Notes under the pieces: generated by a model
The model's input: the letters and a program-made list of their open reading frames with translations, nothing else
What the model was told of the DNA's origin: nothing
Database searches by the model: none
In this document: positions 37,711 through 46,873 of the stretch, piece after piece
Numbering within the stretch: the stretch's first letter is position 1
Layout: each line of letters starts with the position of its first letter
From: a virus
Lineage: Duplodnaviria; Caudoviricetes
Virus record (IMG/VR): IMGVR_UViG_3300037258_000095
Location: 1 to 53,470 of that record
Length of the DNA stretch: 53,470 nucleotides
Reading direction: 5' to 3' (one strand)
Translations under genes and position numbers: made by a program

Positions 37711-37905
37711 TCAGCGCGCAGCGCCTTGCATCGACATTGACTTCGCGACCAGGTGCTTGAACACACAATCGGGATCTGCCGAGGCGGCGCATTCGCGCTT
37801 GGCGTACTCGCCATAGTTTTCTGCCGGCGCTCGCGGATAACTGTACCACGCGACGAACAACGCACCGCCGAGCAGAATTAGGACGAAGGGTCCGTACTTA
37901 CGCAT
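37711..37905 (-). CDS. Small membrane-anchored protein with Cys pair
   Basis: N-terminal TM; TTGTAG-17-TATATT 6 nt before the ATG. Confidence 0.55.
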   Translation of the reverse strand: MRKYGPFVLILLGGALFVAWYSYPRAPAENYGEYAKRECAASADPDCVFKHLVAKSMSMQGAAR

Positions 37906-37926
37906 ACGGGTAATATAGGGCAGTCA

Positions 37927-39141
37927 CTACGCCGCTACAAGGTCCGGCAATGCGTCGACGCGACCGAGCAAATCGGTTGCCAGTGGTTTAAGTCCGAGCC
38001 GTTGTGCGCAAATTGCGGCATATTCAGCGTTTAACTCTATTCCGATGCAGTTGCGACCGTGTTCGGCAGCGACAAGGCCGGTCGTGCCGGCACCGAAAAA
38101 TGGATCGAGCACTGTGCCACTCGGGGGGCAGCCGGCCAGAATGCAAGGGCGTATAAGGTCGGGCGGAAACGTCGCGAAGTGGGCGCCTTTGAACGGGCGA
38201 GTAGGAATTGACCACACCGAGCGCGGCTGCCGTAGTTCGCTTGCTTCGCCGCTATCCGCCAGGCTTTTTAGAATTTCATTCGGTCGGCGTGATCGGCTTC
38301 GTAGGACAACGAAGCCACTTTCGTATGCGTCTTGCTTGGCGCCCCCGGCTTGCTGGTGAATGGTCGGTTGTGCGTAACGCTTACGACTCGACTCCGCAAT
38401 CGGTTCCTTAATCGCATCCATGTCGTAGTGATACCGCGCCGATTTCGAAAACATATAGAGCATTTCATGTGCCGGCGTCGTACGATCAGTGACGCTGATA
38501 GGCATGGGATTCGGCTTGTGCCAAATAATTTCGTCACGCAACCACCAACCGTCGGCTTGAAGCGCAAGCGCAACACGAGCGGGAATCATGAGTCGTTGTT
38601 TAGTGGCTAATCCAAATTCGCGACGTTTTCGCGAGTCATTATCACCGTGTAATTGCGATACGTGTTTGCCGCTGGTTGATCCGCCCCATTTACCTTGCTG
38701 CGAATAACTATCGCCCAAATTCAACCAAAACACACCGTCAGATCGTAACACCCTACGACATTCACGAAACACGGCAACCATTTGCGCTACGTACGCGTCG
38801 GGTGTTGCTTCGAGTCCGATTTGTTCGTCGTGATACGATGCGCCACAGTGAACGCATGTACCACCCTCGCGCCATCGAGCCGCTTTAAGGCGAGCGGCGT
38901 TACCCGCGCCAGCTTTTGTAAATGCTTCGGCGGAGCCGGCAGCAACGGGTGCAGACTGAGTCGTATAATAACGCTCGCTACCATAGTGTTGGCAGTCGAG
39001 TTTACCGTCTAGCCACTTACCCGTGCCGTAATTTCTTAAACCGAAATACGGCGGTGACGTGACGATGCAGTGCACCGATTCGCTGGCAATATCTGCCAGG
39101 CGTGAACGCACGTCGCCTATAAGCAACATGGTGTTACGCAT
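37927..39141 (-). CDS. N4C/N6A DNA methyltransferase (beta class)
   Basis: TSPPY, WLNLGDSY, IIWHKPNPMP, HFATFP, DPFFGAGTT. Confidence 0.92.
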   Translation of the reverse strand: MRNTMLLIGDVRSRLADIASESVHCIVTSPPYFGLRNYGTGKWLDGKLDCQHYGSERYYTTQSAPVAAGSAEAFTKAGAGNAARLKAARWREGGTCVHCGASYHDEQIGLEATPDAYVAQMVAVFRECRRVLRSDGVFWLNLGDSYSQQGKWGGSTSGKHVSQLHGDNDSRKRREFGLATKQRLMIPARVALALQADGWWLRDEIIWHKPNPMPISVTDRTTPAHEMLYMFSKSARYHYDMDAIKEPIAESSRKRYAQPTIHQQAGGAKQDAYESGFVVLRSRSRRPNEILKSLADSGEASELRQPRSVWSIPTRPFKGAHFATFPPDLIRPCILAGCPPSGTVLDPFFGAGTTGLVAAEHGRNCIGIELNAEYAAICAQRLGLKPLATDLLGRVDALPDLVAA

Positions 39142-41743
39142 TGGTGCGAATTTCCACGCGCGGGCGCCCGTCCGACGTGCTGCCGACCATGTAACGAATA
39201 CCCGAACGCACGATCTGCGCCGGCAGCATCTTGTCCGGGGCGCGCACCCACGTACGCGTGCGCTTTCCACTGATTAGAATTGCCTCGCTGCGGAAGCCGA
39301 GTTTTTTCATCAACGCACCGCGCGCCGCAGTCGCTCCGCCATGACGCAGGCCGGCAATGTGCGTCAGGGTCACGAGATCCGACGCGATGATAAACGCCAC
39401 AGGCGTATGCGCGGTTTCGCCGAACCAATCCTGCAGCATGGTTTCGATATCGCTGGCCGATCGTGCTGCCTCTTGCCGTTCGGCGGCTTCGCCCCATACT
39501 TCGCGAGGCAACTCGAACGTATGACCAGCGGTTTGTTGCGCCGCAGCTTCGCCGACAATTTGCTCGATATTCTCGCGCAGCCATGCAAGGTCGATTTCGC
39601 TGTCGATTTTTACGGGGAGGAATCGACGATTGCCGGTCGGGTCGACTAGCGGCTCGTCGTCGTTTGTGGTGCCGATGAAAATGTTGCGGCGTTTGCGCTC
39701 GGATACGGCACGCGCATAAGCGGTACGGCCGGCGTCGACCGTGCGGCTAATCATCGCCTTAACGTGGTTCGGATTAGCGGCGCCGCGCATACCCATTTCG
39801 CCGATCTCGACCACCAGCTTGCCGGCGAGCGATAATACCAGCTCTTTCGATGCGTCACCGAGCAGGATCGAATCGGAAAACCACTCGTCGAAGGTGGCAA
39901 GCAGTTTCGCGAGCGTCGATTTGCCCGATCCCTGAAATCCGTACAGCACGGCCATGGTGTCGTGCTTGCAACCCGGATGCCGGGCGCGGCGCACCATGCC
40001 GCCTATGATGTTGCGGCTAACCGCCTGGTGGTAAAGATCGCACGGAACGCTGCACGCCCTCGAAAGCCATATAGATAGCCGCGGCGTGCCGTCCCATGCG
40101 GCTTGCAGGGAGGCAAGCCGATCAAGTACCGGGTCGTGTGTGTTTTGCTGCGCGAGCGCGAGCAGCGATTCCCAAAAAAAATCTTTTCCCGGCCGGAAGC
40201 GCGTTTTGGTGCGGTTGCCGCGCGTACGCAATTTGGCGACTACGGAGTCGTCGATATATGACCATTCCGACCATTGCAGATCGCCCGTGCCGCCTTTGAT
40301 TTCGGCACGTTCGAGCCACGCATTCCAACGGATTGCACAGCCGAGAATTCCAAGGAACACAGCAACGTTGTCGCTGTTGTCCGGCTCGGGTAAACCTTTC
40401 GTGTCGTATTGCCAGTCGTCTTGCGGCACGAATTCGCGCTCGACCTTATCGGAAAGCGCGGTGGCGGCGAGTTTGATTTTTGCGTCGGGCCAGATGCAGC
40501 CGAGCGTACGGACGCGTCGAGCAACGGAATCGAACGTATCGCGATGCACGAGCGACAGCACTGCGGCGGCGTCTATGACGCGGCTGTTTTTAAAATTCTT
40601 AGGCGTTTCCGCCATCGCTACAATGCGGCTTATTGTTTGTTGCAGCGACGTGTAAAGTCCATGGCCGTCAAGCGAGGCGGGCAACGAGGGATAATCGGAT
40701 GAGAGCGGCCGGCTCGGCACGTCGGAAGTCGCCGCTAAAAATTCGTCGAGTATCGGTTGACAAAAGCCGGTGAGCACCGCCTGTCCGGCGAGCATCGGCA
40801 TTCCGGTCGGGCCGGGCGTGGCGGCTGGTAATGGGCTGGATAAACCAGCTCCGGCGGCGGCTGCTATCGCCGCCACGCCGTCGAAAAGAGCAGCCGCGGA
40901 TTTGCGTACGCTCCCGCGCCAGCCGAGTTTATGTGCGCGATCGAGGAACGTTGAAAGCGTGACGCTCGACCCGTCGGGGTTGGCGGCGAAACTTTGCCAC
41001 TTCGTCGCTTCGGTATCGCTGTCGACCGTATCGTCATGCGACAGCGCCCAAAGTTCGCGGCCAGCGTCGCCGAATTCCAGTTTGAGCGCCATGCCGAGCT
41101 GAAACCATGACTCATAGTCGGCGAACGCGTCGCGCTCGGCGAGCCACCGAATGAGTGCTGCAACGTCGCCTTTGTCGCGGCTGCCGGGTGCCGGACTTGC
41201 CGCATTGGTGCGATTTGTTGCGCGTTTGCAATGGCTTATGAGCGCTTCCGGCGCGGGATAGGGCGGCTCGGTGGACAGGAATAGATACGGCTTGTCGTCA
41301 TAAGTGCTACCGGCAGCAACAACGTAGCCGTTGCCGGCGCGGACGTTTATCAGTTTTTTCACGGCGTCCGGTTGTCGCAGATCCGGCAAGTCACACGCGA
41401 AATAAACATGCCAGCCGCCGCGAGCAGACTGTACGTGCGGTGCGAACGGCGCAACGTTCCATGTGGCGCACAACTCGCACCAGGCTTGCCACGCGGCGTC
41501 ACGCCCGGCGGTGTGCGTGTCGATATCAACGATAATCAGGTTCGACTTGCCGGCGACCACGCCGAAATTGCAATCAGGGTGGCTCGTGCGCCACGCTTGC
41601 CATGCGGCGGGATCTGTCGAGCAATCGTTGACGAACGAACCGACAATGCCCGTGGGATTCTTTTGTCCGGCCGGAATCGGAAATAGGGCGGCGCCGATGG
41701 TCGCGTAATAGGCGAGTGCTGTAGTGGTGTCTTGATCGGTCAT
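39134..41743 (-). CDS. Prim-Pol primase + PriCT + VirE/VapE-type helicase
   Basis: IVDID, GGWHVYF, GYVVAAGS; Y.SW..LGMAL...W..LS; GFQGSGKST, GTTN, D.TGNRRF. Confidence 0.92.
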   Translation of the reverse strand: MTDQDTTTALAYYATIGAALFPIPAGQKNPTGIVGSFVNDCSTDPAAWQAWRTSHPDCNFGVVAGKSNLIIVDIDTHTAGRDAAWQAWCELCATWNVAPFAPHVQSARGGWHVYFACDLPDLRQPDAVKKLINVRAGNGYVVAAGSTYDDKPYLFLSTEPPYPAPEALISHCKRATNRTNAASPAPGSRDKGDVAALIRWLAERDAFADYESWFQLGMALKLEFGDAGRELWALSHDDTVDSDTEATKWQSFAANPDGSSVTLSTFLDRAHKLGWRGSVRKSAAALFDGVAAIAAAAGAGLSSPLPAATPGPTGMPMLAGQAVLTGFCQPILDEFLAATSDVPSRPLSSDYPSLPASLDGHGLYTSLQQTISRIVAMAETPKNFKNSRVIDAAAVLSLVHRDTFDSVARRVRTLGCIWPDAKIKLAATALSDKVEREFVPQDDWQYDTKGLPEPDNSDNVAVFLGILGCAIRWNAWLERAEIKGGTGDLQWSEWSYIDDSVVAKLRTRGNRTKTRFRPGKDFFWESLLALAQQNTHDPVLDRLASLQAAWDGTPRLSIWLSRACSVPCDLYHQAVSRNIIGGMVRRARHPGCKHDTMAVLYGFQGSGKSTLAKLLATFDEWFSDSILLGDASKELVLSLAGKLVVEIGEMGMRGAANPNHVKAMISRTVDAGRTAYARAVSERKRRNIFIGTTNDDEPLVDPTGNRRFLPVKIDSEIDLAWLRENIEQIVGEAAAQQTAGHTFELPREVWGEAAERQEAARSASDIETMLQDWFGETAHTPVAFIIASDLVTLTHIAGLRHGGATAARGALMKKLGFRSEAILISGKRTRTWVRAPDKMLPAQIVRSGIRYMVGSTSDGRPRVEIRTNA

Positions 41744-42588
41744 GCGGTTACGTCGAGATACGACCGGATGAATTTTTCGGCGACTTGCGGGACAATGGCG
41801 TTACCGAATCCGCGCAACTTAGCCACACGGTTTTGTATCCCATGAGCCAACAAGGAAATTCCGGGTTTAATGCGCCATTGAGTTCCGCGGAAGTCACCGC
41901 TTGCCGTAATTTTTCCCTCGATCGTGTTCCGCCCCACTTGCAAAGGGCCGCTCCACCAGTAGCCGTTACTGCCGTTGGTGTCGGCCAAAGTTCCGTCACT
42001 CGGTCGTTTAAGTTCGACATGCCGTGACCCTGGGCACGTTTTTGTGCGATATATTCCGGTCGATGTGCAGGAAAGTGATCGCGTGCGCAGGGTGTCGGCC
42101 ACAAACCACAATCGATCGCGTCTATGGGGCGCATCGACGGAACAAGCTGGCAATACTGCCGCCCCGACGGCGTAGTTCTGATTTTCCAAATCAGCGTACA
42201 CTCCGTCGAGCCAAAGTTTTGCGCTTGCAACCTGCTCACCAAAGATCGTTGCAGGTTTTCGCTCGGCGATAAGTTTGGCCCACACAGGCCAAAGGTGGCG
42301 CTCGTCGTCGAAGCCTTTTTGTTTGCCCGCTGTGGAGAACGGTTGGCACGGGCACGAGCCGGTCCAAACAGGTCTATCGTCCGGCCACTCTGCGAGGCGA
42401 AGGGCGTACGACCAGCCGCCAATGCCCGCGAAAAAATGGCACTGAGTAAATCCGGCGAGATCGTCGGGCCGTACGTCACAAATCGAACGGGTGTCGACGA
42501 CGCCGTATGCAATGTGCCCCCCTGCAATGAGTTCGCGTAACCATGCAGCGGCGAATTCGTCGTTTTCGTTATAGTACGCGACCGGCAT
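41740..42588 (-). CDS. C5 cytosine methyltransferase, alpha chain (motifs I-VIII and X)
   Basis: FFAGIGG, GSCPCQPFS, GEQV, PHRRDRLW, GFGNAIVP; no clear motif IX. Confidence 0.9.
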   Translation of the reverse strand: MPVAYYNENDEFAAAWLRELIAGGHIAYGVVDTRSICDVRPDDLAGFTQCHFFAGIGGWSYALRLAEWPDDRPVWTGSCPCQPFSTAGKQKGFDDERHLWPVWAKLIAERKPATIFGEQVASAKLWLDGVYADLENQNYAVGAAVLPACSVDAPHRRDRLWFVADTLRTRSLSCTSTGIYRTKTCPGSRHVELKRPSDGTLADTNGSNGYWWSGPLQVGRNTIEGKITASGDFRGTQWRIKPGISLLAHGIQNRVAKLRGFGNAIVPQVAEKFIRSYLDVTA

Positions 42589-42602
42589 GGGGAGCGGACC
42601 AT
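41748..42602 (-). CDS. Overlapping alternative-frame beta chain of the C5 methyltransferase (true start probably internal)
   Basis: Stop-free 284-codon frame with two LWPTP repeats and LNPEFPCWLMGY (motif IX-like). Confidence 0.7.
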   Translation of the reverse strand: MVRSPCRSRTITKTTNSPLHGYANSLQGGTLHTASSTPVRFVTYGPTISPDLLSAIFSRALAAGRTPFASQSGRTIDLFGPARARANRSPQRANKKASTTSATFGLCGPNLSPSENLQRSLVSRLQAQNFGSTECTLIWKIRTTPSGRQYCQLVPSMRPIDAIDCGLWPTPCARDHFPAHRPEYIAQKRAQGHGMSNLNDRVTELWPTPTAVTATGGAALCKWGGTRSREKLRQAVTSAELNGALNPEFPCWLMGYKTVWLSCADSVTPLSRKSPKNSSGRIST

Positions 42603-42713
42603 GCCACGTCAAACCCGCACTGTCAACGATTTTGCTTACAGTAAACGATACAATCTAGGTATAGGGCGCGACCCCCGCCTCGCGCTATGCCTAGATCGCC
42701 AGCGATGCGTCAA

Positions 42714-43115
42714 TCACGGGCGCCACTTCATACCGTCTTTTTCCAGCTCGCGGATAAGGCGCTCGTGCAAGCCTTGCTGTACGTCGACGCCGTTGTCTGC
42801 GAGTCCGCGCACAGTCTTTGCTACGGCTCGCGCCCTGGTAACGCTCATTGCCGGGTGATCGCCGAGCTTCAAATACGGCCGGCTGCCGTCAACGTCATAC
42901 GTGACATGAAACGAAATCAAGCCGGTATTGCGAATAATTGCTCGCAATCCCACTTGTGCATCATCTGTGACCGTCACGCGGTCGAGCGGTATGCGACCAC
43001 TTTCCAAATCTTTTGCGATGGATTCGAACATTTCTGTATTGAACTTCCCGCGATCTTTAATCGAAACACCAGCCGTTTCGCGGCGTTCCGACTTCGGTTT
43101 TCTAACGGCGTTCAT
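42714..43115 (-). CDS. Stand-alone integrase Arm-type DNA-binding domain protein (DUF4102-like)
   Basis: TDDAQVGLRAII..TG.ISF..TY...G.R..LKLG.HP.MSV..AR..A; GGAG RBS. Confidence 0.78.
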   Translation of the reverse strand: MNAVRKPKSERRETAGVSIKDRGKFNTEMFESIAKDLESGRIPLDRVTVTDDAQVGLRAIIRNTGLISFHVTYDVDGSRPYLKLGDHPAMSVTRARAVAKTVRGLADNGVDVQQGLHERLIRELEKDGMKWRP

Positions 43116-43155
43116 GGCTTAACTCCAAAATTATTTTACGACTAACACGTTTGCT

Positions 43156-43201
43156 GTTGACAGTAAGCGCAAATGGTGATTGTAATTAACGTACCATTCA
43201 C
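43156..43201 (+). promoter_or_regulatory. Early rightward promoter with palindromic motif and CtrA-like box
   Basis: GTTGACAGTAAGC 43156-43168, TGTAAT -10, TTAA-N7-TTCAC 43186-43201. Confidence 0.65.
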
Positions 43202-43223
43202 TCGCAACAGCGGAGCGGATAAT

Positions 43224-43820
43224 ATGAGTTTTAGGATTATCGTCAAGCAAAATCCGGGGCAAGTCGAATTCGAAGTCGGCTCCGTCGAGGAAGCCATCGG
43301 GATTCTGCAAGACAAAAATACATCGCTCACTAACCTTATGACCGAATTCAGCAAACTCCCCGCTGAGGGTGCACAAGGAGGCGGCGAATCGCCAGCAATC
43401 GAGCGTAAACCGCGCAAGCCGCGCAATGCGAATCAGCCCGATTCGACGAGTGCGCAGGCTCCGGCGCCGATTCCGCCGCCCGCGCCCGGTGCTGCTGCTC
43501 CGCCGCCTTCGGACGGCTTGAAAATTCCGCCGTTCCTCGATCGGAATGCGCAACAACCGGCGCCCCTTGCACCGCCCGCTCCACCCGCACCGGCTCCGAC
43601 ACCAGCGCCCGCACCTGTCGTCAAGCTGTCGGACAAGGTGATCGCCAACCTGAAAACGCGCGCCGAGGCTTCGCCCGACAAGGGCGCCGCGCTCGCGCAA
43701 TGGCTCGTCGATTCGAAAATCGTCGTTGCCGGCGCAACATTCGTCGAGGCGTGTGCAGTGCTGCAATTCTCCAAAGACGAACAGTTGACGCCGATCGCTG
43801 CAGCGTTGGGCGTCAGCTAA
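43224..43820 (+). CDS. Pro/Ala-rich protein with GLKIPPFLDR motif
   Basis: GGAG RBS; first gene of replication operon. Confidence 0.7.
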   Translation: MSFRIIVKQNPGQVEFEVGSVEEAIGILQDKNTSLTNLMTEFSKLPAEGAQGGGESPAIERKPRKPRNANQPDSTSAQAPAPIPPPAPGAAAPPPSDGLKIPPFLDRNAQQPAPLAPPAPPAPAPTPAPAPVVKLSDKVIANLKTRAEASPDKGAALAQWLVDSKIVVAGATFVEACAVLQFSKDEQLTPIAAALGVS

Positions 43821-43907
43821 CGACGCACAAGGCAAACGCGATTTGCGAGACAAACAGGGTCGGCGCGGGATGCGCCGGCCCGCAACGCAGGAAAACAGGG
43901 AACGACA

Positions 43908-44351
43908 ATGAGAACAATACAGTGGGATTTGCGTTTTATTGCGTTAGCCGCGCTGGTGGCGTCGTGGAGCAAAGATCCGAGTACGCAGACGGGCGCGGTA
44001 ATTACGCGACCGGATAAAACCATCGCCAGTGTCGGGTACAACGGTTTTGCTCGTGGATGCAACGACGCACAGGAACTCTATGCGGATCGTCCGACCAAAT
44101 ATGCCCGCATAATCCATTGTGAAATGAACGCAATTTTATCAGCACGCGAACCGCTGCAAGGCTTCACGCTCTACACCTATCCGTTTCTTACGTGTGATCG
44201 TTGTTCGGTCCACGTCATTCAAGCCGGAATCAAACGTGTTGTAGCGCCTGTTTGTCCGCCGCATTTGTTAGAGCGTTGGGCGGATACGTTCGTGCGCGCT
44301 CGTGCTTGTTACACGGAAGCAGGCGTAACCATAGACGAGATCACACAATGA
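43908..44351 (+). CDS. dCMP deaminase
   Basis: SKDPSTQTGAVI, GYNG, HCEMNAI, CDRC. Confidence 0.92.
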   Translation: MRTIQWDLRFIALAALVASWSKDPSTQTGAVITRPDKTIASVGYNGFARGCNDAQELYADRPTKYARIIHCEMNAILSAREPLQGFTLYTYPFLTCDRCSVHVIQAGIKRVVAPVCPPHLLERWADTFVRARACYTEAGVTIDEITQ

Positions 44352-45460
44352 CAAACGAAACCGCAGCACACGCCATTTACGCGCCGTCGAGCGCTCATCG
44401 CTGGTCGATTTGCACCGCGAGCGCTCCGGCACTTGCCGCATTACCCGAACAAGAGGAAGGCGAGGAAGCCGCCGAGGGCACGGAAGCGCACGAGGAAATC
44501 GAGCGCATATTGGGACCATGGGCGTCGTCGAATTATACCGTTCCGCCGGGTGCTCTCGACCCCGATCACCCGGCCGCGTACGGTATTGCATTGCTGATCG
44601 ACTACGTGCGCAAATTACCAGGCGGTCGTCTGTGGGTAGAACAACGCGTCCGGCTCACCGATGATATTTGGGGCCGCTGTGACGTTGCGCATTGGCATGA
44701 GGAATCGGCCACGCTTACGATCGTCGATTACAAAAACGGCTACGTCGACGTTGATGCTGTCAAAAACGAACAGCTCCGCATATATGGCGCTAGTTCGATC
44801 TATACGCACAAACTACCCGCGAAATGGGTGCGCTACGTGGTCGTGCAGCCGAATTCGTTTATGCCGGTGCCGCGCGTCAAGCAGTGGATCGAAAGCTCCG
44901 ACGCGCTGTTTGCCTTTGCCAACGAAGTCGCAAAGGTTCCGGCGTTGCCGCTCGACCAGCGTAAATTCGTATTTGGCTCGGCGCAGTGTCGCGACTGCCG
45001 CATGTTCGGCCTATGCCCGCCGACGAAAGACTTGCTGCTGCATCTTTCGACCGCGCTCAATAAGCCGGCGGAGGAAGTGACGCCCGAAAAAGCGGGATTG
45101 TTCCTGGCAGCGGAAAAGCCGATCGAGCACTGGTTCAAAGCGCTCTACAAATCGACGACCAAGGCTGCACTCGGCGGCGCATCGGTGCCGGGCATGAAGG
45201 TCGTAACGTCGACCAAACACCGCGAGTGGAAAGACACTGCCGCAGCGCGCGACGCCGTGGTCGCTGCGTACGGCGTCGTTGCGTTGTCGCCGCCGACGCC
45301 TGCGCAAGCGGAAAAACTCGGCATGCCCGAAGCCGACGTAACGAAGCTGTCGCATAAGCCGGACGGTGGCCCGGCGCTCGCGTTCGAATCGGACAAGCGG
45401 CCGGCCTTTGTGCGCAAAACCGGCGCGGAAATGTTTGCGGGAGTGGGAGGGGCAAAATAA
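44348..45460 (+). CDS. DUF2800 Cas4-like PD-(D/E)xK exonuclease
   Basis: PSSAHRWSIC, A.EGT.AH, VEQRV, WG.CD, IVDYK.G, QL.IY, CRDC. Confidence 0.88.
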   Translation: MTNETAAHAIYAPSSAHRWSICTASAPALAALPEQEEGEEAAEGTEAHEEIERILGPWASSNYTVPPGALDPDHPAAYGIALLIDYVRKLPGGRLWVEQRVRLTDDIWGRCDVAHWHEESATLTIVDYKNGYVDVDAVKNEQLRIYGASSIYTHKLPAKWVRYVVVQPNSFMPVPRVKQWIESSDALFAFANEVAKVPALPLDQRKFVFGSAQCRDCRMFGLCPPTKDLLLHLSTALNKPAEEVTPEKAGLFLAAEKPIEHWFKALYKSTTKAALGGASVPGMKVVTSTKHREWKDTAAARDAVVAAYGVVALSPPTPAQAEKLGMPEADVTKLSHKPDGGPALAFESDKRPAFVRKTGAEMFAGVGGAK

Positions 45461-45542
45461 GATGTTGACAATCAACGCAATTACGCATAATCTGCAACGC
45501 TCTACTACAATCAACGATAAACCGACAAACTAGGAGTGAACC

Positions 45543-46358
45543 GTGACCGAAGTTGTGAAACACAAGTCGCAGCGTAGCGAATCGACGAACACCCCCGAAG
45601 TCCGCGGCGCCTATCCGTGGCTTTTCAAAAAGCGCACCAAAACCGCCGCCGGTCGCGATCTGAAATTGCCGCGTAACGACGTGACGCTGCTTTTTCCGAA
45701 GTTGAATATCGACCCGACGCAGTGCGCGAACTACGCCTATCTCGCGAAACATTGCATGGACGCCGCCGCGAAGGCATGGCCCGGTATCGGCTGGCCGCAA
45801 GGCGGTCACTGGCCGATTCAGGACGGCGACGCCCCCATGAAGCCAAAGGCTCCGGTTCCGGGGCAAGCCGCAACGCCGGTCGATCCGAACAAATACCCGT
45901 GGCGCCGCGGTAATTGGATTATCGAAGTCACCAACTATCTCGAAACTGGCGTCCGTGTGTGCGTCATGCAAAACGGGCAACCCGTCGAGATTCCGGCAGA
46001 AACGGTTAACGGCGTTCGCATGTTCAAGTCCGGCGATTACTGCATCGTGAACTTGTGCGCGTACACCTTCCAAAACGAAAAGTTCGGCTGCAACTTCGGT
46101 TTCGAAGGCGTCTTGTGGACGAAGCCCGGCGAAGCGATCGGCTCGTCTGGTCCCAAGTCGGCCGCGCAAATGTTCGGTGCCACGCCCGCACCGGCTGGCG
46201 CTCCGTTACCGACCGGCCCGGCACCGCAGCCGCAAACCAATGCGGCACCAGCGTACGCACCGCCGCCTCCCGCGCCAGCTCCGCGAGCACCTGCGCCGCC
46301 CGCGCCTGGTGCTCCGCCGCCTGCATCGCCAGCCCTGCCGCCGTTCCCGCAGCCGTAA
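45543..46358 (+). CDS. DUF2815-like ssDNA-binding protein with Pro-rich tail
   Basis: YPWLF, PIQDGD, SGDY, G..FG.EGV.....GE. Confidence 0.8.
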   Translation: MTEVVKHKSQRSESTNTPEVRGAYPWLFKKRTKTAAGRDLKLPRNDVTLLFPKLNIDPTQCANYAYLAKHCMDAAAKAWPGIGWPQGGHWPIQDGDAPMKPKAPVPGQAATPVDPNKYPWRRGNWIIEVTNYLETGVRVCVMQNGQPVEIPAETVNGVRMFKSGDYCIVNLCAYTFQNEKFGCNFGFEGVLWTKPGEAIGSSGPKSAAQMFGATPAPAGAPLPTGPAPQPQTNAAPAYAPPPPAPAPRAPAPPAPGAPPPASPALPPFPQP

Positions 46359-46378
46359 AGCGTAACGGAACGGAATCG

Positions 46379-46414
46379 ACGGGGAACGCTGCGGATCGGC
46401 GTTCCCCGTTTTTC
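46379..46414 (+). terminator. Intrinsic terminator after SSB
   Basis: ACGGGGAACGC...GCGTTCCCCGT followed by T-run. Confidence 0.85.
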
Positions 46415-46430
46415 GTTTGAAGGGTCGAAA

Positions 46431-46871
46431 ATGCGATTTGATCTTGAACAATTCGTGCGCGAAAGCAATCGAATCGAAGGAATTTTACGCGACCCGCTAG
46501 TCGTCGAGATTGACGCACACGCGGCCTTCCTTCGTCTCGAACGCCCAATGACCGCAAATCTTGAATCGTTTGTTTCGAACATTGCTCCCGGCCATCGGCT
46601 GCGCGACGGTTACGGCCTCAATGTTCGTGTAGGCGATCATATTGCACCGCGCGGCTGTCCTGAAATCAGAGAATCGCTAAACGCACTTGTCATGCGCGCC
46701 GGTCACAATCCCGACACGGCATGGCAAATTCACGTCGAGTACGAAATCCTGCATCCGTTTACTGACGGCAACGGACGTTCCGGTCGCGTCCTTTGGCTGT
46801 GGCAAATGCGATCGGCACCTCTTGGTTTCTTGCATCAATTTTATTATCAGACACTTTCGCGGCAGCGTTAG
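46431..46871 (+). CDS. Minimal Fic-domain protein
   Basis: HPFTDGNGRSGR catalytic motif; N-terminal SNRIEG inhibitory-helix motif. Confidence 0.88.
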   Translation: MRFDLEQFVRESNRIEGILRDPLVVEIDAHAAFLRLERPMTANLESFVSNIAPGHRLRDGYGLNVRVGDHIAPRGCPEIRESLNALVMRAGHNPDTAWQIHVEYEILHPFTDGNGRSGRVLWLWQMRSAPLGFLHQFYYQTLSRQR

Positions 46872-46873
46872 CC

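Noticed and set aside
44348-45460. cas4 / CRISPR adaptation module
   Set aside because: The DUF2800-DUF2815-polymerase context marks a common phage replication nuclease; there is no cas1, cas2 or array.
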